A stretch of 64,000 nt of DNA from Escherichia coli. GTDB taxonomy: Bacteria; Pseudomonadota; Gammaproteobacteria; Enterobacterales; Enterobacteriaceae. This document shows positions 1 to 11,330 of the stretch, one piece after another. The stretch lies in the NCBI RefSeq assembly GCF_050920415.1, contig NZ_CP169309.1. The stretch is one strand, 5' to 3'. How positions within the stretch are numbered: position 1 is the stretch's first letter; every line of letters begins with the position of its first letter. The position numbers and the translations under genes are program-made. The notes beneath the pieces are model-generated. The model had not been told where the DNA came from and made no database searches. It was given only the letters and a program-made list of their open reading frames with translations.

Positions 1-242
1 AAACGAAAGCTCAGGAATACATGGCAGCGGTGATCCGCACACTCACCCCATTAATGACCAAAACACAAAGCCAGAAAAAACTGCAGTCGCTACTAACGGC
101 GGGGAAAAACAAACGTTATTACACCGAGACTGAAGGTGCACTACGCTATGTTGTCGCGGACAACGGCGAAAAGGGGCTGACCTTCGCTGTTGAACCGATT
201 AAGCTGGCGCTATCTGAATCGCTTGAAGGTTTGAATAAATGA
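1..242 (+). CDS. yiiQ: 3' part of a conserved hypothetical protein (DUF1454-like); the ORF runs off the window start
   Basis: Open frame from the window edge to the stop at 240-242. Identity assigned from its position upstream of tpiA, from memory of K-12 gene order. Confidence 0.55.
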   Translation, partial: TKAQEYMAAVIRTLTPLMTKTQSQKKLQSLLTAGKNKRYYTETEGALRYVVADNGEKGLTFAVEPIKLALSESLEGLNK

Positions 243-349
243 CAAAAAGCAAAGCCTTTGTGCCGATGAATCTCTATACTGTTTCACAGACCTGCTGCCC
301 TGCGGGGCGGCCATCTTCCTTTATTCGCTTATAAGCGTGGAGAATTAAA

Positions 350-1117
350 ATGCGACATCCTTTAGTGATGGGTAACTGGAAACTGAACGGCAGCCGCCAC
401 ATGGTTCACGAGCTGGTTTCTAACCTGCGTAAAGAGCTGGCAGGTGTTGCTGGCTGTGCGGTTGCAATCGCACCACCGGAAATGTACATCGATATGGCGA
501 AGCGCGAAGCTGAAGGCAGCCACATCATGCTGGGTGCGCAAAACGTGGACCTGAACCTGTCCGGCGCATTCACCGGTGAAACCTCTGCTGCTATGCTGAA
601 AGACATCGGCGCACAGTACATCATCATCGGCCACTCTGAACGTCGTACTTACCACAAAGAGTCTGACGAACTGATCGCGAAAAAATTCGCGGTGCTGAAA
701 GAGCAGGGTCTGACTCCGGTTCTGTGCATCGGTGAAACCGAAGCTGAAAACGAAGCGGGCAAAACTGAAGAAGTTTGTGCACGTCAGATCGACGCGGTAC
801 TGAAAACTCAGGGTGCTGCAGCATTCGAAGGTGCGGTAATCGCTTACGAACCAGTATGGGCAATCGGTACTGGCAAATCGGCAACTCCGGCGCAGGCACA
901 GGCTGTTCACAAATTCATCCGTGACCACATCGCTAAAGTTGACGCTAACATCGCTGAACAAGTGATCATCCAGTACGGCGGCTCTGTAAACGCGTCTAAC
1001 GCTGCAGAACTGTTTGCTCAGCCAGACATCGACGGCGCGCTGGTTGGCGGTGCTTCTCTGAAAGCTGACGCTTTCGCAGTGATCGTTAAAGCTGCAGAAG
1101 CGGCTAAACAGGCTTAA
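350..1117 (+). CDS. tpiA: Triosephosphate isomerase
   Basis: 255-aa ORF, translation recognised as E. coli TpiA ([15 protein letters not shown]..., [20 protein letters not shown]). ATG at 350. Confidence 0.97.
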
Positions 1118-1126
1118 GTCTGACAG

Positions 1127-1149
1127 GTGCCGGATTTCATATCCGGCAC
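1127..1149. terminator. Bidirectional hairpin between convergent tpiA and cdh
   Basis: Perfect inverted repeat GTGCCGGAT-ttcat-ATCCGGCAC directly after the tpiA stop. Confidence 0.6.
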
Positions 1150-1171
1150 TTACTTTCCTTAACTCCTCGCC

Positions 1172-1927
1172 TTAACGCAAAATCTCACACTGATGATCCT
1201 GGATTTCCTCGGCTGAAGCACGGTTCAGCGTCAGTAGATTTCGTTGTGTCGCCAGCAACACAAACGAATTATCACTCTGCCGCACCATCGCCAGCCCGTA
1301 GCTTCCCATATGTTCCCGCGCCTCAGGCACTTCTTCTGCAAGCATCATAAATGGGCTGCGTTGTACCAGTTCGCTTTCCGTTACCCGACGCGCCAGGTAT
1401 TCATGCCCGTGCAAACCACCTGGCAGTGGCAACCAGCGGCTGCTGATGTTCGCCAGATTGTTATCCAGCTGTTCGCGCACATCAGGACGAATACAAGAGA
1501 TATGAATATGAAAATGGTTTTGCGTACGCCCGGTGCGAGAGTTGATCGCCAAAGAAACCGCGCGATCGGGAACCGGCTGGCCGTATTTTTTGCTCATAAA
1601 ATCACGCGCCTGCCAGGCCAACCAAAAGAAGTTCGGCGTTGAAGGATCGGTCAACAAAGGACTTTCAGTACCGTTAATACGATACGTTGGCATCAACAGA
1701 TATTGCAGTGGGCCATTAAGATCTTTTAAAACCACGTATCCGGCATTGGGTTTGACTTCCGCACATGGCGAAGGATTTTGATTTTGCTGCTGATTGGGTA
1801 AACATTCCTCAAGGACAATCTTACGTAATGTATCCGACTCTTCGCCGGTTAATTTCCAGTAACCAATACCAGCAGCCACAACGGCGATAACTATCATCAC
1901 CAAAAAAAGAAGACCCGCTTTTTTCAT
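1172..1927 (-). CDS. cdh: CDP-diacylglycerol pyrophosphatase
   Basis: Start trimmed to the internal Met ([17 protein letters not shown]...), giving 251 aa with an N-terminal membrane anchor. The longer ORF-track start is probably an upstream extension. Confidence 0.88.
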   Translation of the reverse strand: MKKAGLLFLVMIVIAVVAAGIGYWKLTGEESDTLRKIVLEECLPNQQQNQNPSPCAEVKPNAGYVVLKDLNGPLQYLLMPTYRINGTESPLLTDPSTPNFFWLAWQARDFMSKKYGQPVPDRAVSLAINSRTGRTQNHFHIHISCIRPDVREQLDNNLANISSRWLPLPGGLHGHEYLARRVTESELVQRSPFMMLAEEVPEAREHMGSYGLAMVRQSDNSFVLLATQRNLLTLNRASAEEIQDHQCEILR

Positions 1928-2033
1928 CTTTTTTTCCCTGTACCTCAAAGAGATGCAAGGGTAACGCAAAATCGTGACAAATAAAAAACCCGGTCGCGAG
2001 AAACCACCGGGTTTGATAATTATCCTGGAGAAA

Positions 2034-3023
2034 CTAGCGTTTGCTGATCTGATCGAACGTACCACCGTTAGCAAAATGCTCTTTTTGTGCTTTCGTCCAG
2101 CCGCCAAACTCTTCATCAATGGTAAATAACTTCAGCTTTGGAAACGCATTTTCGTACTTTTTCGCCACCTCCGCATCGCGCGGACGGTAGTAGTTTTTCG
2201 CGGCAATTTCCTGGCCTTCTGGCGAGTAGAGATATTTCAGGTAGGCTTCCGCCACCTCTTTGGTATCTTTTTTCTCAACCACTTTATCGACCACCGACAC
2301 GGTTGGCTCTGCGAGGATAGACTCACTCGGCGTGACGATTTCGAATTTATCTTTCCCCAGTTCATTCGCTGCCAGCAGAGCTTCGTTTTCCCAGGCAATC
2401 AGAACATCGCCAATTCCGCGCTCGACAAAAGTGTTAGTGGAGCCGCGCGCGCCAGAATCCAGAACTTCGACGTTTTTATACAGTGCCCGAACAAAATCCT
2501 GCGCTTTTGCCTGATCGTTGTTGTTGTGGTGCAGCGCGTAGCCCCAGGCTGCCAGGTAGTTCCAGCGCGCGCCACCGGAGCTTTTCGGATTAGGCGTGAT
2601 CACCGAAACACCCGGTTTAATCAGATCATTCCAGTCATGGATCTGCTTCGGATTGCCCTTACGTACCAGGAAAACAATGGTGGAAGTGTACGGTGCGGAG
2701 TTATCCGGCAGACGTTTGATCCACTCTTTATCAATCCGCCCGCGTTCCGCAATTGCGTCCACGTCATAGGCCAGAGCCAGAGTGACAACATCAGCTTCAA
2801 TACCATTGATTACCGACGTCGCTTGTTTGCCTGAACCACCGTGTGACTGACGAATCACCACGTTATCGCCAGTTTGCTGTTTCCAGTGGGCGCTGAATGC
2901 CTTGTTGTACTGTTCGTACAATTCGCGCGTTGGATCATATGAAACGTTAAGAAGCTGAATATCCTTTGCCATAACGCTGGTTGCCGCCAGCAAAAATGTT
3001 AACCCTACGCCCCACTTGTTCAT
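2034..3023 (-). CDS. sbp: Periplasmic sulfate-binding protein
   Basis: 329-aa ORF with a signal peptide ([19 protein letters not shown]), recognised as Sbp. Confidence 0.93.
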   Translation of the reverse strand: MNKWGVGLTFLLAATSVMAKDIQLLNVSYDPTRELYEQYNKAFSAHWKQQTGDNVVIRQSHGGSGKQATSVINGIEADVVTLALAYDVDAIAERGRIDKEWIKRLPDNSAPYTSTIVFLVRKGNPKQIHDWNDLIKPGVSVITPNPKSSGGARWNYLAAWGYALHHNNNDQAKAQDFVRALYKNVEVLDSGARGSTNTFVERGIGDVLIAWENEALLAANELGKDKFEIVTPSESILAEPTVSVVDKVVEKKDTKEVAEAYLKYLYSPEGQEIAAKNYYRPRDAEVAKKYENAFPKLKLFTIDEEFGGWTKAQKEHFANGGTFDQISKR

Positions 3024-3184
3024 CGCCCGACTCTCTTATGTTGTGTTGTGATGAGCAAAGCGTGCCAGAAGGTTAACCAAACATTAAAGAATAAAAAAAG
3101 ATTGGCTATAACTTGTGGGTATATGTTGGGGGATTAAAAAGGCGGAAGAAATCCGCCTCATATTGCTGACAAAGTGCGCTTTGT

Positions 3185-3295
3185 CCATGCCATATGCGGC
3201 GCGAACGCCTTATACGGCCTACAAAAGTTTGCAAATTCAATAAATTGCAGAATTCATGTAGGCCTGATAAGCGAAGCGCATCAGGCATTTTTGCT
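3185..3295. repeat. REP/BIME repetitive extragenic palindromes
   Basis: Two units with the typical ...GCCGGATGCGGCG...CTTATCCGGCCTAC / GCCTGATGCGC...TTATCAGGCCTAC structure in the sbp-pfkA intergenic region. Confidence 0.8.
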
Positions 3296-3342
3296 TCTGT
3301 CATCGGTTTCAGGCTAAAGGAATCTGCCTTTTTCCGAAATCA

Positions 3343-4305
3343 TTAATACAGTTTTTTCGCGCAGTCCAGCCAGTCGCCTTTGAACGGACGCTTCATGTTT
3401 TCGATAGCGTCGATGATGTCGTGGTGAACCAGCTGTTCGTTCTGGATACCTACACAACGACCGCCGTAACCTGCCAGCAGCAGTTCAATGGCGTAAGCAC
3501 CCATACGGGAAGCCAGAATACGGTCGTAAGGCACCGGAGAACCACCGCGCTGAATGTGGCCCAACACAGTTGCACGGGTTTCACGACCAGTTTCTTTCTC
3601 GATGAAATGCGCCAGTTCGTCAACATCACACATGTGTTCGGTAATTGCCACAATGGCGTGTTTCTTACCTTTCGCGATACCCGCTTTGATTTCATTTACC
3701 AGGTCATCACGGCTGAATTCAACTTCCGGAACCACGACGAATTCACAACCACCGGCGATGGCCGCAGCCAGCGTCAGATCGCCACAGTAACGCCCCATCA
3801 CTTCCACCACGGAAATACGCTGGTGAGAAGAAGAGGTGTCACGCAGGCGGTCGATCGCTTCTACAACGGTGCTCAGCGCAGTGAAGAAACCGATAGTGTA
3901 GTCAGTGCCTTTGATGTCGTTGTCGATAGTGCCCGGCAGGCCGATGCACGGGAAGCCCATTTCGGTCAGACGCATTGCACCCATGTAGGAACCGTCACCG
4001 CCGATAACCACCAGCGCGTCGATACCACGTTTTTTCAGGTTTTCGATAGCCACGGCGCGGATGTTCTCGTCGCGGAATTCCGGGAAACGCGCAGAACCGA
4101 GGAACGTACCGCCACGGTTGATCATGTCAGACACGCTGTAACGGTCTAGCTGTACCATACGGTCTTCATACAGACCCAGATAGCCGTCATAAATACCCAT
4201 TACTTCCAGACCTTCTGTCAGCGCAGAACGAACAACCCCGCGAATTGCGGCGTTCATGCCTGGCGCATCACCGCCGCTTGTCAACACACCGATTTTCTTA
4301 ATCAT
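3343..4305 (-). CDS. pfkA: 6-phosphofructokinase I
   Basis: Start trimmed to [25 protein letters not shown]..., giving 320 aa; classic PFK motifs. Confidence 0.97.
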   Translation of the reverse strand: MIKKIGVLTSGGDAPGMNAAIRGVVRSALTEGLEVMGIYDGYLGLYEDRMVQLDRYSVSDMINRGGTFLGSARFPEFRDENIRAVAIENLKKRGIDALVVIGGDGSYMGAMRLTEMGFPCIGLPGTIDNDIKGTDYTIGFFTALSTVVEAIDRLRDTSSSHQRISVVEVMGRYCGDLTLAAAIAGGCEFVVVPEVEFSRDDLVNEIKAGIAKGKKHAIVAITEHMCDVDELAHFIEKETGRETRATVLGHIQRGGSPVPYDRILASRMGAYAIELLLAGYGGRCVGIQNEQLVHHDIIDAIENMKRPFKGDWLDCAKKLY

Positions 4306-4485
4306 GACTACCTCTGAACTTTGGAATGCAAAATGAAATCTGTTGCCGGAAGTCTTCTTGCACATCGAAGTGATCCAACGAATGTGCAAATAGTATAACA
4401 ATCACTTCCTGCTGAATTGATTCAGGTCAGGCCAAATGGCGGTATTTTATACACAAAATGCGGGTCTGGCTCTCTTTTATACTGA

Positions 4486-5388
4486 TTATGAAAGCATAGA
4501 CCGTTTACCCTCCCTGGGTACGACGGAACAAGGATCCTGATGGATAATCACATCCGATCCCGGAAAACGCCGTAAAATAGCCTGCTCTACCTGATCCGCC
4601 ACCATATGTGCCTGAACCAAAGGCAGAGAGTCTTCCATTTCCAAATGAATCTGAATAAAGCGGGTCGGCCCTGACTGCCGCGTGCGAAGATCGTGAGCGC
4701 CGCTAACACCCGGCCAGGAAGTCACGATATCAATAATTTCTTGCCGTTCCTCATCAGGTAATGCGCGATCCAGTAATGACTGTACCGCCTCATATCCCAT
4801 GCGTAACGCGCTATATAAAATATAGATGCCGATTCCCAATGCAAACAGAGCATCGGCGCGATGCCAGCCGTACCAGGACAACCCCAGCGCCAGCAGAATT
4901 GCGCCGTTCATCATAACATCAGACTGGTAATGTAGCATATCAGCCCGCACCGCCTGGCTTTGCGTCCGGCGCACCACCCACCGCTGAAACGAGACAAGGA
5001 TAATCGTACAAATTAGCGCCACAATTGTCACGATAACCCCGACGCCTGGATCTGTCATCGGTGTTGGAGATACCAGATGTTGAATACCCATCAAAAACAG
5101 GAATAGTGCCGAACCGGAGATAAACATACTTTGCGCCAGCGCCGCGAGGGACTCAGCTTTACCGTGACCAAACGAGTGATTATCGTCGGCAGGTTGCAGG
5201 GAATATCGCACCACCAGTAAATTCGTCAACGACGCGCCGATATCCACCAGCGAATCCACCAGCGCGGCGAGAATACTCACCGACCCGGTATACCACCATG
5301 CAAAAATTTTAATCAGCAATAGCAGCGAAGCCATCGCCGTTGCAGCAATCGCCGCCCGACTGACCAGCCGTCCATAAGATTGATTCAT
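4486..5388 (-). CDS. fieF: Cation-diffusion-facilitator ferrous iron/zinc efflux pump
   Basis: Start trimmed to [20 protein letters not shown]..., giving 300 aa. Confidence 0.92.
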   Translation of the reverse strand: MNQSYGRLVSRAAIAATAMASLLLLIKIFAWWYTGSVSILAALVDSLVDIGASLTNLLVVRYSLQPADDNHSFGHGKAESLAALAQSMFISGSALFLFLMGIQHLVSPTPMTDPGVGVIVTIVALICTIILVSFQRWVVRRTQSQAVRADMLHYQSDVMMNGAILLALGLSWYGWHRADALFALGIGIYILYSALRMGYEAVQSLLDRALPDEERQEIIDIVTSWPGVSGAHDLRTRQSGPTRFIQIHLEMEDSLPLVQAHMVADQVEQAILRRFPGSDVIIHQDPCSVVPREGKRSMLS

Positions 5389-5470
5389 AAATACTCCCGC
5401 TATCAACTGACGGTAGTATAACGGAAGCAAATCATCTGCAATGCATTAAGCAGTAGGCAAATTGAGGATA

Positions 5471-5530
5471 AAAAAAACCCCCACATCATGTGGGGGAAGA
5501 CAGGGATGGTGTCTATGGCAAGGAAAACAG
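5471..5530 (-). ncRNA. cpxQ: Probable CpxQ sRNA, processed from the cpxP 3'UTR and including the cpxP intrinsic terminator
   Basis: Hairpin CCCCCACAT-c-ATGTGGGGG followed by a T-run on the minus strand, immediately 3' of the cpxP stop. CpxQ is known to derive from this 3'UTR. Ends are approximate. Confidence 0.5.
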
Positions 5531-5536
5531 GGTTTA

Positions 5537-6037
5537 CTACTGGGAACGTGAGTTGCTACTACTCAATAGCTTCAACGATGAACTTTTTTGCCATTGCGTC
5601 ACGTCGCGCAACTGCTCCATTCGTTGTTGATGTTTCTCGTTTAAAACCGCTTGCTGCTCCGGCGTTAACAGGCGATACATTTGGTTGCGGACTTTTGCCA
5701 TCTCAACCTGGCGAGCAATTTGCTCATTCGCCATTTTTTCTGCCTGTGCGCGCACAGCGTTTTCATCAAAATTTTCTGCGGTGACAAGGCGATGCATTGT
5801 CTCCAGTTCGCTAACATTAACAGGAGGCTGTTCGTGCCGGGCCTGTTGCATAAGATCTCGCATCTGCTGACGCTGATGTTCGGTTAAACTTATGCCGTCG
5901 AACATATGGCTCTGCGTACTGCGCTGCGTAAGTTCTTCACCCGGATGCCAGTTATCGCCTGAACCGACTTCAGCAGCGTGGCTTAATGAACTGACTGCCA
6001 GCGTTGAGGCCATGACGGCAGCGGTAACTATGCGCAT
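5537..6037 (-). CDS. cpxP: Periplasmic Cpx pathway inhibitor/adaptor
   Basis: 166 aa, [21 protein letters not shown] signal peptide, LTxxQ-type repeats. Confidence 0.93.
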
Positions 6038-6116
6038 CATTTGCTCCCAAAATCTTTCTGTCGCGATTCAACGATAGAGAGTTTACGATTCAGGCTGCAA
6101 ACATGCGTCAGGGGGT

Positions 6117-6131
6117 GTAAAACAACGTAAA
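6117..6131. promoter_or_regulatory. CpxR-P binding box (GTAAA-N5-GTAAA) in the divergent cpxP/cpxRA control region
   Basis: Sequence GTAAAacaacGTAAA between cpxP and cpxR. Confidence 0.7.
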
Positions 6132-6186
6132 GTCATGGATTAGCGACGTCTGATGACGTAATTTCTGCCTCGGAGGTATTTAAACA

Positions 6187-6885
6187 ATGAATAAAATCCT
6201 GTTAGTTGATGATGACCGAGAGCTGACTTCCCTGTTAAAGGAGCTGCTCGAGATGGAAGGCTTCAACGTGATTGTTGCCCACGATGGGGAGCAGGCGCTT
6301 GATCTTCTGGACGACAGCATTGATTTACTTTTGCTTGATGTCATGATGCCGAAGAAAAATGGTATCGACACATTAAAAGCACTTCGCCAGACACACCAGA
6401 CGCCTGTCATTATGTTGACGGCGCGCGGCAGTGAACTTGATCGCGTTCTCGGCCTTGAGCTGGGCGCAGATGACTATCTCCCGAAACCGTTTAATGATCG
6501 TGAGCTGGTGGCACGTATTCGCGCGATCCTGCGCCGTTCGCACTGGAGCGAGCAACAGCAAAACAACGACAACGGTTCACCGACACTGGAAGTTGATGCC
6601 TTGGTGCTGAATCCAGGCCGTCAGGAAGCCAGCTTCGACGGGCAAACGCTGGAGTTAACCGGCACTGAGTTTACCCTGCTTTATTTGCTGGCACAGCATC
6701 TGGGTCAGGTGGTTTCCCGTGAGCATTTAAGCCAGGAAGTGCTGGGCAAACGCCTGACGCCTTTCGACCGCGCTATCGATATGCACATTTCCAACCTGCG
6801 TCGTAAACTGCCGGATCGTAAAGATGGTCACCCGTGGTTTAAAACCTTGCGTGGTCGCGGCTATCTGATGGTTTCTGCTTCATGA
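6187..6885 (+). CDS. cpxR: Response regulator of the Cpx envelope stress system
   Basis: 232 aa, receiver domain (LLVDDD...) plus OmpR-type winged helix. Confidence 0.97.
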   Translation: MNKILLVDDDRELTSLLKELLEMEGFNVIVAHDGEQALDLLDDSIDLLLLDVMMPKKNGIDTLKALRQTHQTPVIMLTARGSELDRVLGLELGADDYLPKPFNDRELVARIRAILRRSHWSEQQQNNDNGSPTLEVDALVLNPGRQEASFDGQTLELTGTEFTLLYLLAQHLGQVVSREHLSQEVLGKRLTPFDRAIDMHISNLRRKLPDRKDGHPWFKTLRGRGYLMVSAS

Positions 6886-8255
6886 TAGGCAGCTTAACCG
6901 CGCGCATCTTCGCCATCTTCTGGCTGACGCTGGCGCTGGTGTTGATGTTGGTTTTGATGTTACCCAAGCTCGATTCACGCCAGATGACCGAGCTTCTGGA
7001 TAGCGAACAGCGTCAGGGGCTGATGATTGAGCAGCATGTCGAAGCGGAACTGGCGAACGATCCGCCCAACGATTTAATGTGGTGGCGGCGTCTGTTCCGG
7101 GCGATTGATAAGTGGGCACCGCCAGGACAGCGTTTGTTATTGGTGACCACCGAGGGCCGCGTGATCGGCGCTGAACGCAGCGAAATGCAGATCATTCGCA
7201 ACTTTATTGGCCAGGCTGATAACGCCGATCACCCGCAAAAGAAAAAGTATGGCCGCGTGGAACTGGTCGGTCCGTTCTCCGTGCGTGATGGCGAAGATAA
7301 TTACCAACTGTATCTGATTCGTCCGGCCAGCAGTTCTCAATCCGATTTCATTAACTTACTGTTTGACCGCCCGCTATTACTGCTGATTGTGACTATGTTG
7401 GTCAGTACACCGTTGCTGTTGTGGTTGGCCTGGAGTCTGGCAAAACCGGCGCGTAAGCTGAAAAACGCGGCCGATGAAGTTGCCCAGGGGAACTTACGCC
7501 AGCATCCGGAACTGGAAGCGGGGCCACAGGAATTTCTTGCCGCTGGTGCCAGTTTTAACCAGATGGTGACCGCGCTGGAGCGCATGATGACCTCCCAGCA
7601 GCGCCTCCTTTCTGATATCTCTCACGAACTGCGCACGCCACTGACGCGCCTGCAACTGGGTACGGCGTTATTGCGCCGTCGTAGTGGTGAAAGCAAGGAA
7701 CTGGAGCGTATTGAAACCGAAGCCCAGCGTCTGGACAGCATGATCAACGACCTGTTGGTGATGTCACGTAATCAGCAGAAAAACGCGCTGGTGAGCGAGA
7801 CATTGAAAGCTAACCAGTTGTGGGGTGAAGTGCTGGATAACGCGGCGTTCGAAGCGGAACAAATGGGCAAGTCGTTTACGGTTAACTTCCCGCCTGGGCC
7901 GTGGCCGCTGTATGGCAACCCGAACGCTCTGGAAAGTGCGCTGGAAAACATTGTTCGTAATGCTCTGCGTTATTCCCATACGAAGATTGAGGTGGGCTTT
8001 GCGGTAGATAAAGATGGTATCACCATTACGGTGGACGACGATGGTCCTGGCGTTAGCCCGGAAGATCGCGAGCAGATTTTCCGTCCGTTCTATCGCACCG
8101 ATGAAGCGCGCGATCGTGAATCTGGCGGTACGGGCTTAGGGCTGGCGATTGTCGAAACAGCTATCCAGCAGCACCGTGGTTGGGTGAAGGCAGAAGACAG
8201 CCCGCTGGGCGGTTTGCGGCTGGTGATTTGGCTGCCGCTGTATAAGCGGAGTTAA
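6882..8255 (+). CDS. cpxA: Sensor histidine kinase
   Basis: 457 aa, overlaps the cpxR stop (ATGA), H-box SHELRTPLT, HATPase motifs. Confidence 0.97.
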   Translation: MIGSLTARIFAIFWLTLALVLMLVLMLPKLDSRQMTELLDSEQRQGLMIEQHVEAELANDPPNDLMWWRRLFRAIDKWAPPGQRLLLVTTEGRVIGAERSEMQIIRNFIGQADNADHPQKKKYGRVELVGPFSVRDGEDNYQLYLIRPASSSQSDFINLLFDRPLLLLIVTMLVSTPLLLWLAWSLAKPARKLKNAADEVAQGNLRQHPELEAGPQEFLAAGASFNQMVTALERMMTSQQRLLSDISHELRTPLTRLQLGTALLRRRSGESKELERIETEAQRLDSMINDLLVMSRNQQKNALVSETLKANQLWGEVLDNAAFEAEQMGKSFTVNFPPGPWPLYGNPNALESALENIVRNALRYSHTKIEVGFAVDKDGITITVDDDGPGVSPEDREQIFRPFYRTDEARDRESGGTGLGLAIVETAIQQHRGWVKAEDSPLGGLRLVIWLPLYKRS

Positions 8256-8261
8256 ACTCCG

Positions 8262-8350
8262 CATTTGTAGGCCAGATAAGGCGTTACGCCGCATCCGGCG
8301 TTTGAGCAGAATGCCTGATGCGACGCTGATAGCGTCTTATCAGGCCTACT
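8262..8350. repeat. REP/BIME elements after cpxA
   Basis: Two REP palindromes. The cpxA stop codon sits in the loop of the hairpin GCGGAGT-taa-ACTCCGC just before them. Confidence 0.75.
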
Positions 8351-8359
8351 CTCCGGGGG

Positions 8360-9034
8360 TTATTTTCCCCACAACCGCCGTGAAAAATCTTCAATCTTGC
8401 CGCTAAGTCGGCGCTTCTGCATCGTTCGCGTCCAGCTTTTCGATAGTCCGGCTGCGGAAAGCAAACGGTGATACTGATCGTCATCAAACGGCATATGCCA
8501 TGCGATGGCGGCAGCCTCCTGCACGGTCACATCACTGACACGGGAAACCAACTCCAGCGGCGCATCAGCAGATACCAACCCTGGCGCAATCACGCTATAC
8601 AACCACCCCACTTTACCCGTGTTTTGCATCAACTGCGCTATATCGCTGATATCAAAATGGTAATTGAGTTTATAGCAAGGGGAGCGTGGCTGGCTGACCT
8701 GAATTAATGCCTCTCCCCAGCGGAAAATATCGCCAATATAAACATTACTTTCCGTCAGACCGTCGGTTGAGAGATTTTCGCCAAACGCAGGCGCAACAAA
8801 CAACTCCGCCTGTTCCGGAAATTCCCGCGCCCAGTAGAGATAGTGCTCACGAGGATAATGACACAGCGCCCTGTCTGGCCCACCGTGAACGACTTTCTCT
8901 GCCTGCTCGTCACCTTCCAGCCCCAGCTCTGTAAGCATCAATTCGCCATCAACCTGGATTTTGGCAATTGCGCTGGGTTTGCCTTCGGGATAAGCCTGAA
9001 TCTTGCCCGTGTATACATCAACCGGATATCGCAT
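8360..9034 (-). CDS. yiiM: MOSC-domain protein
   Basis: Start trimmed to MRYPVDVYTGKIQ..., giving 224 aa. Confidence 0.85.
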   Translation of the reverse strand: MRYPVDVYTGKIQAYPEGKPSAIAKIQVDGELMLTELGLEGDEQAEKVVHGGPDRALCHYPREHYLYWAREFPEQAELFVAPAFGENLSTDGLTESNVYIGDIFRWGEALIQVSQPRSPCYKLNYHFDISDIAQLMQNTGKVGWLYSVIAPGLVSADAPLELVSRVSDVTVQEAAAIAWHMPFDDDQYHRLLSAAGLSKSWTRTMQKRRLSGKIEDFSRRLWGK

Positions 9035-9182
9035 CTGTTCCCTCTCCACGAGAAATTTCCCCATTAGACCATATTTATTTTATGTCAGGCGTGCTGTTTT
9101 CGCGGTATGTATCCAGGCAGGAGCTCAATCGCAAACCGGACGAACGTTAGTTCATCCGGCTGTGGGGATTAAGGAAGCAGGT

Positions 9183-10166
9183 TTATTTTACCGTGCCTAA
9201 AATTTCGATTTTCGCCACTCTGGCTTTGACTTTACGTGACCAGATAGAGGTAAGAATTGGCACCAGAATCGAAGTCACAATGACCGCCGTCGCGACCAGC
9301 GAAGTTGCTGCCGGAGCCATCGGTTTAAACGCAGGCACCATTTCTGCAATCAGCACAGGTGTCGCTACCGCGGCCCCTGCGGAACTGGAAGCGGCAATTC
9401 CGGCAGTGCCATCGCCACCGCCAATCAATTTATCGGCGATAATCAACGGAATACCGGTCACGATAATTACTGCCACACCCAACAGGATCCCCAGCAAACC
9501 TGTCTGGGCAATTACAGTCAAATCAATGGTATTGCCCAGCGCGAAGGCAAAGAATGGAATCAGCGTCTGCACCGCTTTGCTGAAAAATTCTCGTAATTCA
9601 GGGTCAAGGTTCCCAAGGGCAAAGCCCACCAGGAACGGTAATACTGCGCCGACGAAAACATGCGGTTCAAACGAGGCAATCCCGGCAGTGCCCAGAATAA
9701 TCATCGTCATGAGCGGCCCGGACTCCAATGACATCAACACAAATGCCCCAGCTTCTTCTTTCGTACCGTACTGCTGCATGATGGAAGCGTAAAGTCCACC
9801 GTTGGTCATATCCATCGCCGCCACCAGCGCCAGCGTTGAAAGTCCGGCAAAGAATCCAACTTCAACACCATGTTCCGGAATAATGCGCGAGGCAATTGCC
9901 GCAACCACCCACGCGACGGCAATTTTTGTTACCACCAGCGTACCGGATTTACGCAATACCGTTCCCGTCGCGCTTAATTTTATTGACGCCCCCATGCAAA
10001 AAAACCACACCGCCAGAATGGGCACCGTACCGGTAATCATCCCGTTGGTGAATGATCCAAAATATTTCCCCGCCCCCGGCGAGAAGGTGTGGCACAGTGC
10101 GCCAAGGAATAGCGGGACGAGCATCATCCCCCCCGGGATTTTTTCAATCGAGCGTTTTATCTGCAT
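9183..10166 (-). CDS. kdgT: 2-keto-3-deoxygluconate permease
   Basis: Start trimmed to [13 protein letters not shown]..., giving 327 aa; polytopic membrane protein. Confidence 0.9.
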   Translation of the reverse strand: MQIKRSIEKIPGGMMLVPLFLGALCHTFSPGAGKYFGSFTNGMITGTVPILAVWFFCMGASIKLSATGTVLRKSGTLVVTKIAVAWVVAAIASRIIPEHGVEVGFFAGLSTLALVAAMDMTNGGLYASIMQQYGTKEEAGAFVLMSLESGPLMTMIILGTAGIASFEPHVFVGAVLPFLVGFALGNLDPELREFFSKAVQTLIPFFAFALGNTIDLTVIAQTGLLGILLGVAVIIVTGIPLIIADKLIGGGDGTAGIAASSSAGAAVATPVLIAEMVPAFKPMAPAATSLVATAVIVTSILVPILTSIWSRKVKARVAKIEILGTVK

Positions 10167-10285
10167 TTCCATCACCTGTCGGCATATTTTTAAGGGCTGA
10201 TGCGTAATTCCTCAACGGAGCATCAGTGTTGATGAAAACGAAGATAGACATTCATTTAATCAATAAAAGTGATCAAAACCACATC

Positions 10286-10306
10286 AATTGAAACACTGTT
10301 TTATTT
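10286..10306. promoter_or_regulatory. Probable KdgR operator upstream of kdgT
   Basis: AATTGAAACACTGTTTTATTT resembles the KdgR palindrome (AATGAAACA-n-TGTTTCATT). Confidence 0.5.
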
Positions 10307-10425
10307 TTATCGGATAATTGTTTTTATTTTGAAATTGATCACAAAAAAACCACCGCCGTTGGCGATGGTTCATTTTTTAAGCTGATATGCGGCGTAAACG
10401 CCTCATTGCAGCAGGCGGCAAATGA

Positions 10426-11046
10426 TTATTTTTTCGCCGCGAAACGTGCCGCTGCTTCGTCCCAGTTCACCACATTCCAGAACTCTTTGATGTAGTCCGG
10501 GCGGCGGTTCTGGAATTTCAGGTAGTAAGCGTGTTCCCACACATCCAGGCCCAGGATCGGGAAGCCGGAAGCGCCAGAAATAGTTTCGCCCATCAGCGGG
10601 GAGTCCTGGTTAGCAGTAGAAACCACCGCCAGTTTATCGCCTTTCAGCACCAGCCATGCCCAGCCGGAACCAAAGCGGGAAGCTGCCGCTTTCTCAAATT
10701 CTGCTTTGAAGTTATCAACGGAGCCGAAGTCACGTTCGATAGCCGCTTTCAGGTCACCCTGTAAGGTGGTGCCTTTTTTCAGACCTTTCCAGAACAGGCT
10801 GTGGTTAGCGTGACCGCCAGCGTTGTTGCGCAGTACGGTTTTCTTGTCTGCTGGCAGCTGGTCCAGTTTGGTGATCAGCTCTTCAACCGGCAGGTTGGCA
10901 AATTCTGGCAGGCTTTCCAGCGCCGCGTTGGCGTTGTTGACGTAGGTCTGATGGTGTTTGGTGTGGTGGATTTCCATGGTCTGCTTATCGAAGTGCGGTT
11001 CCAGGGCATCGTAAGCATACGGCAGGGATGGCAGGGTATAGCTCAT
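10426..11046 (-). CDS. sodA: Mn-superoxide dismutase
   Basis: Start trimmed to [32 protein letters not shown]..., giving 206 aa. Confidence 0.97.
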   Translation of the reverse strand: MSYTLPSLPYAYDALEPHFDKQTMEIHHTKHHQTYVNNANAALESLPEFANLPVEELITKLDQLPADKKTVLRNNAGGHANHSLFWKGLKKGTTLQGDLKAAIERDFGSVDNFKAEFEKAAASRFGSGWAWLVLKGDKLAVVSTANQDSPLMGETISGASGFPILGLDVWEHAYYLKFQNRRPDYIKEFWNVVNWDEAAARFAAKK

Positions 11047-11330
11047 ATTCATCTCCAGTATTGTCGGGCGGCCGATTGTTAATGCCGCGTAAGCAGTTGG
11101 TTCATTATAGTTAATTAAATGATATTGAAAATGATTATCAATGCCGTACTTTTCGTAAGGGTATGGTTTTGCAGGAAAATGCCCGAGATGTGAAGCAAAT
11201 CACCCACTTAATGCCGTGATTGCCAGTAAATCGACAACGGCGGCAACAGGCGAAAGGTTAATCGACAGCACGATTTTTACACTCATCTCGTCGGAGATGT
11301 GACGCGACGAAAAATGATGAGGATAAGAAG

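Noticed and set aside
362-961. 199-aa minus-strand ORF inside tpiA
   Set aside because: Antisense to tpiA; no Shine-Dalgarno and no recognisable domain.
1172-2119. N-terminal extensions of ORF-track entries relative to the called genes (cdh, pfkA, fieF, yiiM, frvA, rhaD, glnG, yihM, yihR and others)
   Set aside because: The upstream in-frame starts lack a Shine-Dalgarno and would add non-conserved residues; starts were placed at the Met matching the known protein N-terminus and spacing. A single span (cdh) is given as the example.
3106-3303. 65-aa ORF between sbp and pfkA
   Set aside because: Lies entirely within REP/BIME palindromes (similar REP-derived ORFs at 8284..8487 and 32903..33121); repeat sequence, not coding.
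3421-4149. 242-aa plus-strand ORF
   Set aside because: Antisense to pfkA.
9193-10200. 199-aa and 132-aa plus-strand ORFs
   Set aside because: Antisense to kdgT; Ala/Thr/Ser-rich mirror of a membrane protein gene.
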